Sequence record: PQ850604.1
DNA from: Escherichia phage Haito_Bas83
Direction: 5' to 3' (one strand)
DNA: 44,876 nucleotides
Below are positions 1 to 9,189 of this stretch, in pieces. The translations under genes and the position numbers were made by a program. A model generated the notes under the pieces. It was not told the origin of the DNA, searched no databases, and was given only the letters and a program-made list of their open reading frames with translations. How positions within the stretch are numbered: the stretch's first letter is position 1; each line of letters opens with the position of its first letter.

Positions 1-552
1 ATGGCAGAAATCAAAGTTAAGGGCCGTCGCGCCAAACTGGACGGACGAGTAGCAGTTACCCCGCGCCGTAAACCAGGCGAGCAAACAGAACACACCAATC
101 TTGGACCTGAGATCGAATACGGCAAGCGTCGTAAAGGCGGCAAATGTGGACGCCCGACCGACTACCGCACCGTGTATTGTGACCAGCTTCGCCGCTATTT
201 TGCCGATGCCGTAGCCTGGCAGATCAACTACTCCGACAAGGGCGCTGCGCAAGTCATCCCTCACAACAAGATGCCGACCCTCGGTCGCTTTGCCGCGGAT
301 ATTGGCGTTGGCATCGCTTGCCTGTACCGCTGGGCGCGCGCACATGAGGAGTTCGCCGAGGCGATGGCTGACGCTATGGAGTTGCAGAAAACTTTCCTGA
401 TGGAAGCTGGCGGTGTGACCATCGCGGCGGGCTTCGCTACGTTCCTGCTTAAAGCCAACCACGGCATTCGGGACGATGCTCCGCTGGATGACGACGAAGA
501 TGATAACGGCGACGTCGTTGTCGAACCTACCGGCAAAGGCCAGGGCGAATAA
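1..552 (+). CDS. terminase small subunit (putative)
   Basis: 183-aa ORF whose stop overlaps the ATG of the large terminase; acidic C-terminal tail (DDDEDDNGD); position and size typical of TerS. ATG sits at window position 1, so the 5' end may be cut. Confidence 0.55.
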   Translation: MAEIKVKGRRAKLDGRVAVTPRRKPGEQTEHTNLGPEIEYGKRRKGGKCGRPTDYRTVYCDQLRRYFADAVAWQINYSDKGAAQVIPHNKMPTLGRFAADIGVGIACLYRWARAHEEFAEAMADAMELQKTFLMEAGGVTIAAGFATFLLKANHGIRDDAPLDDDEDDNGDVVVEPTGKGQGE

Positions 553-1937
553 TGCGTAACTATGCGGCAGAACACCGCGCACTCGAACGCTCGATCGCAA
601 AGCGCAACCGACCGCCACGCCCTACGCGCGTTGCGCAGGCCGTTCGCCTGTATCAGCCTGATTGCCTACCGCACCAGGTGGAATTACTGCGCGACACGAA
701 GACCAAAATACTCGGCCTTTGTTCCGGCTTCGGTGGCGGCAAGTCATGGGTAGCGGCGCGTAAGGTAATCCAGCTTCTCACACTTAACCCTGGTCATGAT
801 GGCATCGTGACAGAACCGACTATTCCACTCCTGGTTAAAATCATGTACCCGGAGCTTGAGAAGGCTTTCGACGAGGCTGGATTCCGGTGGAAGTTCAACA
901 AGCAAGATAAAATTTACAGCGTGCTGGTGAAAGGCAAATGGACGCGCGTTATTTGTGAGTCAATGGAGAACTACACCCGCCTGATCGGGGTTAACGCCGC
1001 GTGGATTGTTGCCGATGAGTTCGACACCACGAAGCAAGACGTCGCAATGGCGGCTTACCACAAATTGCTTGGTCGTCTGCGTGCGGGTCTGGTGCGCCAG
1101 TTCGTCATCGTGTCCACGCCTGAAGGCTTCCGGGCGATGTACCAGATTTTCGAAGTGGAGAAGGATAGCCAAAAACGTTTAATCAGGGCGAAGACTACCG
1201 ACAACCACCACTTACCGGCAGACTTTATAGACACGCTGCGAAGCCAGTACCCGGCAAACCTGATTGATGCATACCTTAACGGCCTGTTTGTCAACCTTAC
1301 GTCTGGCGCGGTCTACAAGATGTTTAATCGCGAGGAGAACGCCAGCACCGAGGAAGTGCAACCGGATGACACGCTGATTATCGGTATGGACTTTAACGTC
1401 ACGAAAATGGCGGCGGTTGTGTACGTCAGACGGCAGCGCACTACCGAGAGCAAGGAGTTCCGCGACGAGATTCACGCAGTGGATGAATTTGTGGACCTGT
1501 TTGATACCCCGGCTATGATTGAGGCGATCGAAGAGCGCTACCCGGAACATTGTGCTGCCGGTCGGGTAGTCGTTTACCCGGATAGCAGTGGCAAGTCGCG
1601 TAAGACTGTTAACGCGTCGTCGTCCGATATCGCGCAACTGGAAGACGCTGGCTTCGAGGTGGAATATGACAGCGTTAACCCGCCAGTAAAAGATAGATTG
1701 ATCGCGATGAATACGATGATGTGCAACTCGAAGGGCGTGCGCCAGTATTTTGTCAACCTGGATAAATGCCCTACACTAGCGAAATGTCTGGAACAGCAGG
1801 TTTATGACCTGAAGAAAGGCGAGCCGGATAAAACCGCCGGTGTGGACCACATGAACGATGCCGCGGGCTATCCGATTGCGCACCTGTTCCCAGTGATTCG
1901 TCCAATCGCCGTTGTTCCAACCGTAGACTTCTACTAA
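552..1937 (+). CDS. terminase large subunit
   Basis: Walker A GLCSGFGGGKS and Walker B-like WIVADEFD in the N-terminal ATPase half; 461 aa; directly upstream of portal. Confidence 0.85.
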   Translation: MRNYAAEHRALERSIAKRNRPPRPTRVAQAVRLYQPDCLPHQVELLRDTKTKILGLCSGFGGGKSWVAARKVIQLLTLNPGHDGIVTEPTIPLLVKIMYPELEKAFDEAGFRWKFNKQDKIYSVLVKGKWTRVICESMENYTRLIGVNAAWIVADEFDTTKQDVAMAAYHKLLGRLRAGLVRQFVIVSTPEGFRAMYQIFEVEKDSQKRLIRAKTTDNHHLPADFIDTLRSQYPANLIDAYLNGLFVNLTSGAVYKMFNREENASTEEVQPDDTLIIGMDFNVTKMAAVVYVRRQRTTESKEFRDEIHAVDEFVDLFDTPAMIEAIEERYPEHCAAGRVVVYPDSSGKSRKTVNASSSDIAQLEDAGFEVEYDSVNPPVKDRLIAMNTMMCNSKGVRQYFVNLDKCPTLAKCLEQQVYDLKKGEPDKTAGVDHMNDAAGYPIAHLFPVIRPIAVVPTVDFY

Positions 1938-1947
1938 GGAAACGACC

Positions 1948-3468
1948 ATGACCGTTAACGTTGACAACCAGCACCCACTCTATGCGCGCATCGCGCAGGA
2001 ATGGAAGATGATCCGGGATTGTGTAGCAGGGGAGCGCGCCGTGAAGGCGTGCGGCCCTTTGTACCTGCCACACCCCGCCAGCGGCGACAATACCGACCCG
2101 AAAGCACGGGCGCGATATAAGGCGTATAAGCAACGTGCTGTATTCCTGAACGCCACCGCACGTACACTTAACGCGCTGTTAGGCGTGGCCTTCGCTAAGC
2201 CGGTAAGTCTCGACCTTTCCGGGGCGATGGCTGACCTGATTGATGACGTTGACGGCAGCGGTATGCCACTGCCGCAACTACTGCGCGGTGCTATGTCGGA
2301 AGTGCTGCAATCGGGCCGCGCGGGCTTTATGGTGGACTACGACCGCCAGGCTAACTTTGATGAACTGGGTAACGTAGTGCCGCAGACCGCCGCCGAGATG
2401 GCGTCGCACCGCCCGCTTATCCGCCTGTATACGGCAGAACAGATCATCAACTGGCGGCAGACCCACGGCGTTGATACGCTAATCGTGCTGAAGGAAACGG
2501 ACGAAATCAGCACTGAAGACCCGGACGACTTTGCAAACCACGAAGTAACGATCTGGACCGAGCTTCGCATGGTCGAAGGCAAGGCGCACGCCCGCCGCTG
2601 GTTTTACAACGCGGACACGTCCGAGGTGCAAATGGACTTGCCGCGGGGATTCACCCGCACCGACCTTGTACCACTAGTGGATGCTGCCGGTAATGCGCTT
2701 ACCCAACTCCCGTTTTGCTGGTGTGGCGCGGTGGACAACAACGCAACGCCGGACGCCGCTCCGCTGGCGGATATCGCGTCCATCAACATTAAGCACTACA
2801 ACGCCGAAGCGGACGTCGCCGAGATCGCGCACATTGTGGGCCAGCCTACCCTGGTCGCCACGGGCTTGACTCAATCATGGGCGGACAAAAACCTGAAGGG
2901 CGGGATTGCTCTCGGCGCGACTAAGGGCGTTATCCTGGGCCAGAACATGGACGCTAAACTGATTCAGGCCGAGGAGCGCAACTTGTCTGTTGCACTTTGT
3001 GAGCGCCGCGAATTGCAAATGGCTAAACTGGGCGCGGCCCTGGTTGAGAAGGGGACCGCACCGAAGACGGCAACTGAAGCGGCCTACGATGCGCAGACTG
3101 ATAACAGTATCCTGTCACTTATTGCCGGTAACGTTGAGAAGGCTTTCAACCGTGCGCTGCAAATCGTCCAGCTATTCACGGGTGATACCGCGGACCAGCG
3201 CGTAACGTTGAACAAGTTCTACACCGAAATCACGGTTGATGCGCAGCTTATGACCGCAATGATGGCGGGTGTGCAGACCGGTACGGTCCGACTGGCTGAC
3301 TTTATCAAGTGGATGATGGCGCAGGGCGTTATCGACGACTCGCAAACCGTCGAGCAGGTGGAAGACGAATTGCGAAATCAGAATCCATTGCCTCAAATGT
3401 CCCCCGATGCGGTAGAATCTACCGAAGAAGACCCGGACAAGGTAACGGACAATGGCGAGAACAATTAA
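1948..3468 (+). CDS. portal protein
   Basis: 506-aa ORF after TerL with RBS AAGGAAACGACC-ATG; acidic C-terminus; canonical position. Confidence 0.7.
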   Translation: MTVNVDNQHPLYARIAQEWKMIRDCVAGERAVKACGPLYLPHPASGDNTDPKARARYKAYKQRAVFLNATARTLNALLGVAFAKPVSLDLSGAMADLIDDVDGSGMPLPQLLRGAMSEVLQSGRAGFMVDYDRQANFDELGNVVPQTAAEMASHRPLIRLYTAEQIINWRQTHGVDTLIVLKETDEISTEDPDDFANHEVTIWTELRMVEGKAHARRWFYNADTSEVQMDLPRGFTRTDLVPLVDAAGNALTQLPFCWCGAVDNNATPDAAPLADIASINIKHYNAEADVAEIAHIVGQPTLVATGLTQSWADKNLKGGIALGATKGVILGQNMDAKLIQAEERNLSVALCERRELQMAKLGAALVEKGTAPKTATEAAYDAQTDNSILSLIAGNVEKAFNRALQIVQLFTGDTADQRVTLNKFYTEITVDAQLMTAMMAGVQTGTVRLADFIKWMMAQGVIDDSQTVEQVEDELRNQNPLPQMSPDAVESTEEDPDKVTDNGENN

Positions 3469-4555
3469 TCAACATATGGCGGATCGCATGATTCGCCGTC
3501 ACATCTTCACCCAGCGCCTGAGCAATGACCAGGCGCGGCGGGTGTTGGCTATGTGGGAGAAGTTCCGGCCCACGTTACTTGGTAAGCTGACCGAGTTACT
3601 TGATGGCAAAAAGTCCATGAATAACAAGGCACTGACCACTCTGTTAACACAAATCGACAAGACCGTCAAAACGGAACTGCGCACCGAGTTTAAAGCGCTG
3701 GCTGAAAGCCTTCAGGAGTTCGCCGACACCGAGGCTGATTATCTTGCCGATACATTAACGGCAGCGATCCAGCCAGCGGTCGCCGTACCTGCGGTTGAGG
3801 TAGTTGGCGTTGTGACCGGCGCGCAGATCGCAGCGACGGCTATGAAAAACCCATTCCAGGGAAACACCATGATGCAATGGCCTGATTCACTTTCTGAGTG
3901 GACCAGGACGCAGATCGGTAATCAGGTGCGCGCTGGATTCATCCAGGGAAAGCCGACTATGGAAATTATCGCGGACGTAAGGCGCGCGCTCGGCGGTCGT
4001 AGTGCGCAGGCAATCTCAAGCGTTGTTAAGTCCGCAGTAAACCACTATGCGGCGACCGCCCGCGAATTAATGGTAAAAGCTAATGACGATATTCTCGAAG
4101 GTCGCCAATGGTTGGCTACATTGGATACACACACATCACCTATGTGCCAGCTACGCGATCGCCTGTTTTATCCAGTTGATGTTACTCCCGACACCAAAGG
4201 AAAGCGCGGCGGGAAAGTGGTGGCTGGGACACAATATGGCGCTGGTCCGGGCAAGCTGCATTATTGCTGCCGGTCTACGGAGACGTGGAAAGTCAAAGGC
4301 ATGGAAGATTGGCCCAGTGGTAAGCGTCCGGCACTGAAGGCTGACGCGGGTCGATTGCTGAGTGAGCAGGTCGACGCGCAGACTGATTTCTTCTCATGGG
4401 TACAGCGCCAGCCGCGCCATATTCTGGAGGAATTATATGGGGTGCAGCGCGCAGACCAGATTATGCGCGGCGTGAAAGTGCCGAAGATGTTCACCGATAC
4501 TGGCGAACTAATGACTATCGCACAGATTAAAAACCGGGGGTTATGGCGTGATTAA
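3452..4555 (+). CDS. head morphogenesis protein (Mu F / SPP1 gp7-like)
   Basis: 367 aa, overlaps portal end; motif RQWLATLDTHTSPMCQLRDRLF typical of the F-like minor head protein domain. Confidence 0.65.
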   Translation: MARTINQHMADRMIRRHIFTQRLSNDQARRVLAMWEKFRPTLLGKLTELLDGKKSMNNKALTTLLTQIDKTVKTELRTEFKALAESLQEFADTEADYLADTLTAAIQPAVAVPAVEVVGVVTGAQIAATAMKNPFQGNTMMQWPDSLSEWTRTQIGNQVRAGFIQGKPTMEIIADVRRALGGRSAQAISSVVKSAVNHYAATARELMVKANDDILEGRQWLATLDTHTSPMCQLRDRLFYPVDVTPDTKGKRGGKVVAGTQYGAGPGKLHYCCRSTETWKVKGMEDWPSGKRPALKADAGRLLSEQVDAQTDFFSWVQRQPRHILEELYGVQRADQIMRGVKVPKMFTDTGELMTIAQIKNRGLWRD

Positions 4556-4856
4556 ATATGCAGCGATTGGACTGGTTATCGGTCTGGCGGTTGGATTCTG
4601 GCAGGGTGATTCCTACCGCACTGGCGTTGTGGCGAAAGCGGCGCAAGAAGCGCAAGCCGAAGCCCAACGGCAGCAAACTAAGGTTGTAGAGGGGTCGGTG
4701 AAGGCTGAGCAAGCCCGCGACGTGGAATACCGGACTATCACGAAAGAGGTTGTAAAATATGTTACGCGTCCTAACCGTCCTGATTGTAGTTTTGATGCTG
4801 AGCGCGTGCGGATCAAGCAAAGCGCCATCGACGCCGCTAACCGAGTCGGTCTATAG
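4548..4856 (+). CDS. putative i-spanin (Rz-like)
   Basis: GTG start with GGGGG RBS; N-terminal TM helix YAAIGLVIGLAVGFW then charged, helix-prone periplasmic region; a lipoprotein ORF is embedded in the +1 frame. Confidence 0.45.
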   Translation: MIKYAAIGLVIGLAVGFWQGDSYRTGVVAKAAQEAQAEAQRQQTKVVEGSVKAEQARDVEYRTITKEVVKYVTRPNRPDCSFDAERVRIKQSAIDAANRVGL

Positions 4857-4989
4857 ACCGCCTTGCACCTTTGAGAATGCCTCGGCAGATCCAGACGAGG
4901 ACTTGCTTGTTGATGTTAAAAATATGGAATGCGGGGCTAAGCTGAGGGCGCAAGTGCTGGAGTTGCAGAAAATAATTCGGGGGCCGTAA
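4759..4989 (+). CDS. putative o-spanin lipoprotein (Rz1-like)
   Basis: RBS AAGAGG; signal peptide MLRVLTVLIVVLMLSAC with lipobox LSAC; short Cys-containing mature peptide; begins inside the preceding ORF in another frame. Confidence 0.45.
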   Translation: MLRVLTVLIVVLMLSACGSSKAPSTPLTESVYRPPCTFENASADPDEDLLVDVKNMECGAKLRAQVLELQKIIRGP

Positions 4990-5002
4990 TGGCCCCCTTT
5001 TT
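4979..5002. terminator. rho-independent terminator, probably bidirectional
   Basis: GGGGGCC-GTAAT-GGCCCCC followed by TTTTT on plus; the minus-strand gene stops at 5004 and also has a U-rich tract after the hairpin. Confidence 0.6.
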
Positions 5003-5003
5003 G

Positions 5004-5768
5004 TTAGCGCGGAATACCGCAAATCTCGTTTAACGTCTTCACGTCCAGCGCTACTGCCGTTGACTTCGGCTTGTCCGGGTATGGAATGAACTGTTCAACT
5101 TCAGGCCACGCCGCGATCAGCTTCTTGTCAGTATTGTGCATATCCAGCACGCCGGTAACAGTTAGTTTGAACGCGTCATACTTCGCACGCAATTCACGGC
5201 GGGCCTTGTCGTTGCGGTCCAGTCGCTTGCAGAAATCATGATCTGCCGGGTAGTCTGCGCGACCGCGCGGGAGATATATCGGCAGCGCTTTTCCATCTTC
5301 GTCCACTTCGCACACTGACGCGAGCATAATTTCCTCGTACCCCGGTACAATATCGCTGAGGTCCGGCGCGAGCTTATTCATATATTTATCTTCCCAGTAT
5401 CCGCGATGAACGCGGTATTTACGACCGTCGCCGCTCAATGACAAGGTGCGAACGTTACCGCCTGCGTTGATTTCGAAAGTGGCGTCATAAACGCTGCCGA
5501 TACCTTTCGGGCGGTCGGTGTTATAGCTATATGTCGCCTTGTTGGTATATACGCTGACGCCGTACATCTGCGACTGGTCATCGCGGATTGATACAATATA
5601 TGCGCGTAGCTCGGCGAACGTGTGAATGCCTTTTGGCATACAGTGCAACGTGATGTCGTACGCCAGGTCGCGAGAGTCCATCATGATTTTTTTGGCTTCA
5701 GTCGCGATTTCGTGGTCGCGCAGGATGTTAGCCAGAATCTGGTTTTTAATGTCTTTTGTCAGTCTCAT
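5004..5768 (-). CDS. hypothetical protein (moron gene, function unknown)
   Basis: 254-aa intact ORF on the opposite strand inside the head module, flanked by its own promoter and terminator; no motif I can assign. Confidence 0.55.
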   Translation of the reverse strand: MRLTKDIKNQILANILRDHEIATEAKKIMMDSRDLAYDITLHCMPKGIHTFAELRAYIVSIRDDQSQMYGVSVYTNKATYSYNTDRPKGIGSVYDATFEINAGGNVRTLSLSGDGRKYRVHRGYWEDKYMNKLAPDLSDIVPGYEEIMLASVCEVDEDGKALPIYLPRGRADYPADHDFCKRLDRNDKARRELRAKYDAFKLTVTGVLDMHNTDKKLIAAWPEVEQFIPYPDKPKSTAVALDVKTLNEICGIPR

Positions 5769-5807
5769 TTTTGTGTCCTCAAGGTTGGGGCTTCCGCCCC
5801 ATTTGGT

Positions 5808-6122
5808 TTAGTTAAACTTGATGTTTCCACCGGTGGAAGTTAAGCGAGCGCATACAGCTTCAACGGCATCGACGCACATTAAATCGTTAAAGGCTTCTAC
5901 CAGGGCGTTGATGAAAGATGCCGGAACCAGGCCACAAGCCGGATTTTCGAAGGTTGCGGAATTGATTGCAGCCTTTGCGGCTTCAGTAGCGTTCATGCTC
6001 TGGCACAGATTCAGCGCTTCCGCGTTACGCATTGCGTGAAAGGTAAAAGTATTGGCTACGGCAGCTTTATTGAAACGGGTCATTGCTGCGTCTACTGGAG
6101 TTGCTACGGTCATGTTATTCAT
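5808..6122 (-). CDS. hypothetical protein (moron gene)
   Basis: Start chosen at ATG 6122 (MNNMTVATP) with RBS GAAGGAAAAC; an alternative start is at 6137; co-oriented with 5004-5768. Confidence 0.45.
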   Translation of the reverse strand: MNNMTVATPVDAAMTRFNKAAVANTFTFHAMRNAEALNLCQSMNATEAAKAAINSATFENPACGLVPASFINALVEAFNDLMCVDAVEAVCARLTSTGGNIKFN

Positions 6123-6157
6123 TTTGTTTTCCTTCATATCTCTGTTGGTGTGCAACC

Positions 6158-6187
6158 AATATAATGCGACCAATACCCGGATTGCAA
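6158..6187 (-). promoter_or_regulatory. putative sigma70-type promoter for the minus-strand moron
   Basis: TTGCAA, 18-bp spacer containing ATTGGTCGCA, then TATATT on the minus strand; a second ATTGGTTGCA copy follows. Confidence 0.3.
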
Positions 6188-6194
6188 GCGAATT

Positions 6195-6222
6195 TTGCGA
6201 TTATTTTTATCGCTGATAATAT
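6195..6222 (+). promoter_or_regulatory. putative promoter for the scaffold/capsid genes
   Basis: TTGCGA-16 bp-TAATAT; a hairpin GAGCGGG-TGG-CCCGCTC (6238-6254) lies in the leader. Confidence 0.3.
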
Positions 6223-6277
6223 TAGAAGCGTGAAGTCGAGCGGGTGGCCCGCTCTGCCACAATCCCAGGGGGATAGC

Positions 6278-6982
6278 ATGAAACTTACTAAAGCAGAATA
6301 TGACGCGTTGCCGGAAAGCATGAAGGCGCTTTTTGTTGCCGACGGCGATGGGTATAAGTCAACATTTATGTCCGCTGACGAAGTACAGGCGGAAATCAAG
6401 GGTCTGAAAGACAACAACGCAAAGCTGGTGAGCGAGAAGAAAGCAGAAGCTGAACGCCGCGCCGAAGCCGAGCGCCTTGCGAAAGAGAAAGAGGACGCCG
6501 CCGCGCGCAAAAATGGCGACCTCGAAGCGATTGATAAGTCCTGGAAGGATAAGTTTGCAAAACACGAAGCAGACACATCGGGGAAAATCGAATCCTATCG
6601 CAAGCAGATCCACGACCTTACTATCGGCAGCGCGGCCAAAGACCTGGCCTCGAAGCTGTTCGGTAAGAATGCTGGCATCATGCAACGCCACGTAATGGAA
6701 CGCCTCGCGCTGGAAGACGGCGAAGACGGCAGCTTGAAAGTGCGCGTCTTGCAGGATGGCAAACCGTCCGCTCTGACTATGGACGAGCTTGAAAAAGAGT
6801 TCCGTAATAACGCCGATTTTGCATCCGTCCTAGCTGGCACGCCAGCCGGTGGCGCTCCGAGCAAACCGACACAGGTTATCGAAGATGCGAAGTCTAAAAT
6901 CACGATGGGCCATAGCTTCGGTATCACCGACCTGACGAAACAGGCAGGGGATATCATCGCTAAGATGGGCGACGACGAGTAA
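6278..6982 (+). CDS. putative scaffolding protein
   Basis: Start at MKLTKAEY with RBS GGGGGATAGC; charged, helix-rich protein immediately upstream of the major capsid gene. Confidence 0.5.
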   Translation: MKLTKAEYDALPESMKALFVADGDGYKSTFMSADEVQAEIKGLKDNNAKLVSEKKAEAERRAEAERLAKEKEDAAARKNGDLEAIDKSWKDKFAKHEADTSGKIESYRKQIHDLTIGSAAKDLASKLFGKNAGIMQRHVMERLALEDGEDGSLKVRVLQDGKPSALTMDELEKEFRNNADFASVLAGTPAGGAPSKPTQVIEDAKSKITMGHSFGITDLTKQAGDIIAKMGDDE

Positions 6983-7079
6983 GCAGATCGCCCGCGAAAG
7001 CGGGCGATTTTGCTAGCGCGTAAATCTAAGGTAACATTAACGTCACTGGGCGAATGCTCACAACTCAAAGGATTTCGAT

Positions 7080-8174
7080 ATGTCTTTAACAGTGTTCCAG
7101 CGTAAACTCGTTACCGCGGTTACGCAAATGATCCCCGACAACCTGAACGTGTTCAACGCTGCCGCTAACGGCGCTGTTGTTCTCGGTACAGGTGAAGTGC
7201 TGAAGGACGTTGTAGAAAAAATGTCCGTAGGCTTGATCGCCAACCTCGTTACTGACCGTAACGCCTACGCCCCTGTCGGTACTCCGGCAACCGCTAAAGT
7301 GCTGGCGCGTATGCTGACCAACTCGGTTAACCTCTCCGCGAAAGTGGGTCCGGTAGCTATCACCAAGGCCATGATGGCTAAGATCGAAACCAACGTTAAC
7401 AGCGTTGCGGCTGAGATTGCGGCACAGGCTACTCAAGCGATTATGCTGCATTACCTGAAGGCCGGTATTGGCGCAAGTAAAGCGGCGATCGAGAGCAACG
7501 CAGCGGCAGCATACACCCAACCGGCGCGCGTTGATGGCGTTGGCGGTCGTACCTTCCCGACCCTGGCAGACTTCCCGCTGGCGGCTTCTAAGTTCGGCGA
7601 TCAGGCGTCTTTGATTAAGTCCTGGTTTATGGACGGCGTTACCTGGGCTAACTTCATTGCGTACCAGGCGCTGCCTTCTGCGGAGCAGGTATTCGCTATC
7701 GGCGATCTGCAAGTAATGGGTGATGGCCTGGGCCGTCGTTTCATTATCTCCGATGCCGCTGCCGATGCTATGGGCGCTGGTAAGATGCTGGGTCTGGTCC
7801 CTGGCGCGGTTGCAGTTACCACCAACGGCCTCGATATGCTGGCGCAGGAAAAAGGCGGTAACGAGAACATCGAGCGCTGGTGGCAGGGTGAGTTCGACTT
7901 CAACGTGGCTGTTAAAGGCTACCGTCTGAAGGCGTCCGCTCGTACTCCGATCGAAGGCGTCCGCTCTTTTGCCCTGGGTGATATCACCACTAAGGACAAC
8001 TGGGAACTGGATCAGGGCCAGGTTGACAACGCTCCGGCAACCGTCCAGGACGTTGGCGGCGAAAGCGATACTAAAGGCCGTCGTAAGGCGCAGACCGCAC
8101 AGGCCGTGCCGACCCGTAACATCAAGGAAACGGCTGGCGTACTGGTTACGCTGACTGCAACCAGCGCGTCTTAA
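7080..8174 (+). CDS. major capsid protein
   Basis: 364-aa ORF after the scaffold; followed by a strong terminator; position and size. Confidence 0.65.
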   Translation: MSLTVFQRKLVTAVTQMIPDNLNVFNAAANGAVVLGTGEVLKDVVEKMSVGLIANLVTDRNAYAPVGTPATAKVLARMLTNSVNLSAKVGPVAITKAMMAKIETNVNSVAAEIAAQATQAIMLHYLKAGIGASKAAIESNAAAAYTQPARVDGVGGRTFPTLADFPLAASKFGDQASLIKSWFMDGVTWANFIAYQALPSAEQVFAIGDLQVMGDGLGRRFIISDAAADAMGAGKMLGLVPGAVAVTTNGLDMLAQEKGGNENIERWWQGEFDFNVAVKGYRLKASARTPIEGVRSFALGDITTKDNWELDQGQVDNAPATVQDVGGESDTKGRRKAQTAQAVPTRNIKETAGVLVTLTATSAS

Positions 8175-8191
8175 TCGGCGCACATCCCAAA

Positions 8192-8217
8192 GGGGCGGGC
8201 TTATGCCCGCCTTTTTT
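8192..8217 (+). terminator. rho-independent terminator after capsid gene
   Basis: GGGGCGGGC-TTAT-GCCCGCC plus TTTTTT. Confidence 0.65.
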
Positions 8218-8232
8218 ATAGGAGCGAATAAA

Positions 8233-8733
8233 ATGTATGGCGACCCGCAAACCTTTACTGATTATGCCGCTGCGCGAGGCGTTGAAATTACGCTGGGCGA
8301 TGCAACGCGACACCTTACCATCGTTAATGACTTCCTCAACGGCCTCAACTGGATCGGCGAACAAGCAGACCAGACCGGAATCGACGCATGGCCCCGCATT
8401 AATTACCCGTCAGACGGTAAGCCGGTGCGAGACACGCTCACTGAAGTTGTGGCGGTAGTGCCTGCCGGGCAAATCGTAGACTTCGCATCAATCCCCGTTG
8501 CCGTTGAGCAAGCCGTTTACCGGCTGGCGATGCTGGTGGCGGACGATATTGATATTTCGCCGATCGGCGGTGGCAAGGAGACTATCCGCGAAACGGTTGG
8601 CCCGATTACGATGGAATATGACCCCGCTACAATTGGCGGATACGTGGCGTTCCCGTGGTGGGATGGCTTGCTGGGCTACTGGGTGAACGTAGACGGCAAC
8701 GCTTCAGGTAACTTTGACGTATACAGGGGCTAA
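8233..8733 (+). CDS. head completion / head-tail connector protein (putative)
   Basis: Start at MYGDPQ with RBS GGAGCG; position between capsid and tail genes. Confidence 0.35.
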   Translation: MYGDPQTFTDYAAARGVEITLGDATRHLTIVNDFLNGLNWIGEQADQTGIDAWPRINYPSDGKPVRDTLTEVVAVVPAGQIVDFASIPVAVEQAVYRLAMLVADDIDISPIGGGKETIRETVGPITMEYDPATIGGYVAFPWWDGLLGYWVNVDGNASGNFDVYRG

Positions 8734-8735
8734 TA

Positions 8736-8849
8736 TGAATCCGGCTGTTATTGCAGCGTTGCTGGCAGCGCTGGCGACGAAAGAGAAAGAGGAAGAACCC
8801 GTACCGCCGGAAGCACCGGCGCAGGAGGAAGACGATGGCGGGCTTTGAC
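8736..8849 (+). CDS. small hypothetical protein (37 aa)
   Basis: Short ORF MNPAVIAALLAALATKEK... between connector genes; not in the track (<60 aa). Confidence 0.2.
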
Positions 8850-9188
8850 TACGCGGGCTTAAAGCGGAAAGTTAATCCGCTGATTAAAAAATTCGGCATG
8901 ACAGTTACCGTGACGCGTCCTGGATCTGTTGACCGCGTTAACGGCGACGAAGTGGTAATCCCGCCGACCTCGTTTGATATCATCGGACTGCGTGAGGAGT
9001 ACAAGCCGCGCGAGATCGACGGTACTCGGGTCATTGCCGGTGATGTTAAATTCTTATGCCAGGCGGTGGCGCAAGTGCAGGTAGGCGATCTGGTTAACCT
9101 GAATAACGCAGACTACCGGGTCGTTAATACTAACCCACTGCAACCGGCTGGCACTTCCATGCTGTTTCAATTACAGCTAAGGGGCTAA
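8835..9188 (+). CDS. head-tail joining protein (putative)
   Basis: Start MAGFDYAGL with RBS GGAGGAAGACG; 117 aa; connector region. Confidence 0.4.
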   Translation: MAGFDYAGLKRKVNPLIKKFGMTVTVTRPGSVDRVNGDEVVIPPTSFDIIGLREEYKPREIDGTRVIAGDVKFLCQAVAQVQVGDLVNLNNADYRVVNTNPLQPAGTSMLFQLQLRG

Positions 9189-9189
9189 C

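Noticed and set aside
5004-5768. HEPN-like Rx4H motif (RKYRVH) in the 254-aa moron protein
   Set aside because: A six-residue pattern is too short to support a fold assignment without profile or structure evidence; the protein is left as unknown.
6083-6277. N-terminal extension of the scaffold ORF as listed in the track
   Set aside because: The extension overlaps the moron promoter region, is Cys/Phe-rich and lacks an RBS; ATG 6278 follows GGGGGATAGC.
7086-8183. 365-aa minus-strand ORF fully antisense to the major capsid gene
   Set aside because: It mirrors the capsid gene exactly and its product is Arg/Cys-rich and low-complexity. The capsid frame has an RBS, a terminator and a canonical position, so the antisense ORF is an artefact of GC-rich coding DNA.
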